Shown one piece after another: positions 61,334-64,000 of a stretch of 64,000 nt of DNA. Positions within the stretch are counted from its first letter, which is position 1; every line of letters begins with the position of its first letter. Origin of the DNA: Podarcis pityusensis (lineage: Eukaryota); NCBI GenBank assembly GCA_964106645.2, contig OZ067040.1. The stretch is one strand, 5' to 3'. The notes under the pieces are model-generated. The model ran no database searches, had not been told where the DNA came from, and saw only the letters and a program-made list of their open reading frames with translations. The position numbers were made by a program, and so were the translations under genes.

Positions 61334-63587
61334 AAAATAAATGAATAGAGAACCTGCACAAGTGACGCTTGCATAAAACCCCACAAACATTCTAGATACT
61401 GCCACCACAATCCCATCTCCCCCTTTTCTCACCCCTCCTTCTTCTTTCCCCATTTTACTCTGTATTATGTCTCACATCAAATGGGAAAAAAGGCTTTACG
61501 ATTTTTTTGGGGGGGGGGGGAGGAAGACAATGCACATTTTTTTGTGAACCAAGAAGGTCTTTAATTAAAACAAAAAACAAAACAACATTATGATCTTGGA
61601 AGCTCATATCCAGGGTCAAGCCCAGCACATACCTAAATGTGCATAGGACCTGAAGTCTATCAAAGCCTTATAATGAGATAAACTGCAGGAAGTCTCTTAG
61701 CAGATTTAGAGGATGTGAGACTACCTTGCCTTGGAATCATCAGACAAACAGCAGAAAATTGTTTTAATTCTTATGATTATTAGCAGCCTGATGCCGTAGC
61801 TTAATCTGATTTGTATTGTATTATTCAGTTTTTATTACTTAAAGATAATATTGCAATTTTCAGAAGCCAACTCATGGTTTGGTGTGTTTGAGTAGGCCAA
61901 ACGCTGCTAGACAATTAGGAAGACTGTAATTTCATAGACAAAAGATTCAGTATTAAAAGATAGTTCTGGCAGACAGTGCTGCCTGAGTCAAAGGACAATA
62001 TAGTACCCTCTCCCCACTCCACATGACTGGGTGTTACTTTGATACTGGCAATGGGATAACATCTTCCACAGCACCTGAGGGAAGCAGGCTAGTTTAGGGG
62101 GTTCTGCTTCCCAACATCTATTGCCCAAGATGATTACTTTACTTTGCCTAATGGTAGGTTCAGCCCTGCTGGCAGTCAGAATAAAAGGAGTAGGAATCAA
62201 ATTAGTTGTGATTTGCTGGCTTCAGCAGGACACAGTGACAATTAACTTTAGCTGGGTTAACCTCAATATTTCTAACTGCATGGGTAGACTATCACCCACT
62301 AACTTCTTAATAGGCACAAATTAATCTGGGTGCAGAAGAGAAGTATGGAGAAATTAAAACAGCCACTAACACTGCAATTTGAACTTAACTTGGATAAAGC
62401 ATGTGCCAGCCCCCTTTGTCTTTAAAAAACAAACAAACAGGGAGAAAGAAAAATGCAGGATGTTTGAAAGTGAAGTATAAAAGCTCAATATTGCACCTTG
62501 TTGTGGCAGACTGCACTACAGGGAGAAATTTGTTTCTGACTTATCATTTTTATCCCAAGGCGTATAACTACCAATGCGGTTATTATTCATACAAAGTGTC
62601 ATAATAGTAGCTCTCAGGGACAGATTCTGGACTGCACTAACATTCACCTATGGCCGTAATATTTAGTGAATGATTATTGTTTGGGCAACTGAAGACTGAA
62701 AAAAGAATGGCTATTCACCTTTTTGTGAAGAGCCACAAATTACCTAAGGCCAATGCTGCTAGATCTGGCTAAAAGCAGTGAGCCTCTTGCAAGTGGGGAT
62801 TAGTGCCAGTCTATTATATCGTCTCTGTGTGAAACAGATGTGAGTAATCTTCCCCTAAAAATTGACTACAAGCTAACAAATATAAAATTAAAACAGCTGA
62901 GCCAGCTATATACAGCTGTAAGGCCTGCCTCTGTGGATCCATATGGAGTACAGGCAAGATGGTTGCAGCATTATTTGAGCTCTGCTTGCTTTCCCCCAGA
63001 AAATGCTGTGTTTATACACTGCAATTAAAAGCTAAAAACAGAAGTATAATTTTGCATATTTAAACTTGTTTTCCAATTATTTCAGAGTTGTCTTGGGTTT
63101 TGCTTCTGTCCCAGCTATTATGCCACTGGCATAAGACTCTGGCACATCAGTCCCCAGCACATTTACTTGGATATAAGCCTTGCTGATTTAACTGAAACTT
63201 ATTTCTAAGTAAGCATGCTTAAGATACCAAGCTAGGGGCTGTTAAAATTTAATTCTCAGTTTAGGAAAACTGTTCAATCTGTTCCCAGTATTTCATTATT
63301 CTGCAGCACGGGCCAGTTCTGTTGCCACACTTTCTTACCACTGTGTGGAATTCATGTTAGGCAGATGCACAAGAGCAAGCTGAATTAAATTCAACCAAAT
63401 GGAAGTACTTCAGCAGTCCATCATGAGGATCTAATGATTTTCACCATGCCCTTGTGCCAAGAGGGCATACAAGTGACCGAGATAAGACTACTTATGTGAA
63501 ATATCTCTATCCTGTTCACACCGCACAACAAAGTAAAACAAATGCAACTGCTAATAAATCTTCATACTCAATAGAATGTCCAATGAA

Positions 63588-63719
63588 CAAGAAAGGGGAA
63601 ACTGTGGCTCTCCAATTGTTTTAAAACCACAACTTCCATCATCACTGAGGCCATGTTGGCTGGGCTTTGATGTGAGTTGTAGTCTGTCAACATGTGGAGG
63701 GCCAGGTTCCCTACCCTTG
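63588..63719. mobile_element. Decayed copy of the 60798 MITE family
   Basis: ggggaaactgtggctctcca...acaacttccatcat...gagttgtagt...tggagggccaggttccct. Confidence 0.55.
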
Positions 63720-64000
63720 TAACGAACAACCACAATCAAATAACCAACTCAACTCCCAATATCATCTTGAAGATGTAAGACTTACAACCCTTTTTAAAGA
63801 CTATCAGAAATGTCCATTGTTGTTTCTCTGGGGAAACTCTGGGGAATTTATGAAGAAGGTCCCACTACCTGCTCAGTTTGTGACTTTCTACAAGAAAGGA
63901 ACAAGGAACTCGGTCTGATGTAAACCTTAACTGACAGGAAGGGTACATAAAGGGGGAGAGTGTCTTCAGGGTTTGTAGATTGACATCACTGCCCTCCTAA

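Larger units (their letters stand above)
23046..64000 (-). other. PRKN: PRKN intron 6 (partial)
   Basis: Ends at the AG acceptor (23047-23046) after a pyrimidine tract. No exon-6-like sequence (EFFFKCGAHP) was seen. Confidence 0.78.

Noticed and set aside
630-63918. The many 60-160 aa ORFs in the track
   Set aside because: They show no recognisable domains. They are chance, antisense, microsatellite-derived or gap-spanning frames.
1-64000. Prokaryotic-type systems (operons, CRISPR arrays, defence islands)
   Set aside because: Low coding density, a spliced vertebrate exon and vertebrate transposons. There is no array of constant repeats with unique spacers.

Overview
Eukaryotic, not prokaryotic, DNA. 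Sauria/Squam-type SINEs, BovB and lizard-type L1 point to a squamate, probably a lacertid lizard (inference). The window lies inside the Parkin gene (PRKN, minus strand). One 137-bp RING1-coding exon, equivalent to human exon 7, sits at 22909-23045. The rest is intron 7 (1-22908) and intron 6 (23046-64000), with a 130-N gap at 24599-24728. Almost all long ORFs are transposon-derived: a Chapaev3-like (CMC) DNA transposon 118 bp from the exon donor, an RTE-X-like LINE with a 5' inversion, an L1 3' fragment, a Rex1/Babar fragment, a decayed IR/DR Tc1 carrying two SINEs, and a CR1 carrying a BovB. There is also an ORF2-less L1 derivative, a Penelope-like palindrome, many hAT and TcMar MITEs, and two copies of an unclassified non-coding element with AAT-duplicated ends. 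I cannot support a new multi-gene system. The best leads are that unclassified element, the twin-primed RTE-X, the Chapaev3 copy, a covarying hairpin array, and inverted repeat pairs straddling the Parkin exon. All family names come from my own motif recognition; no database search was run.
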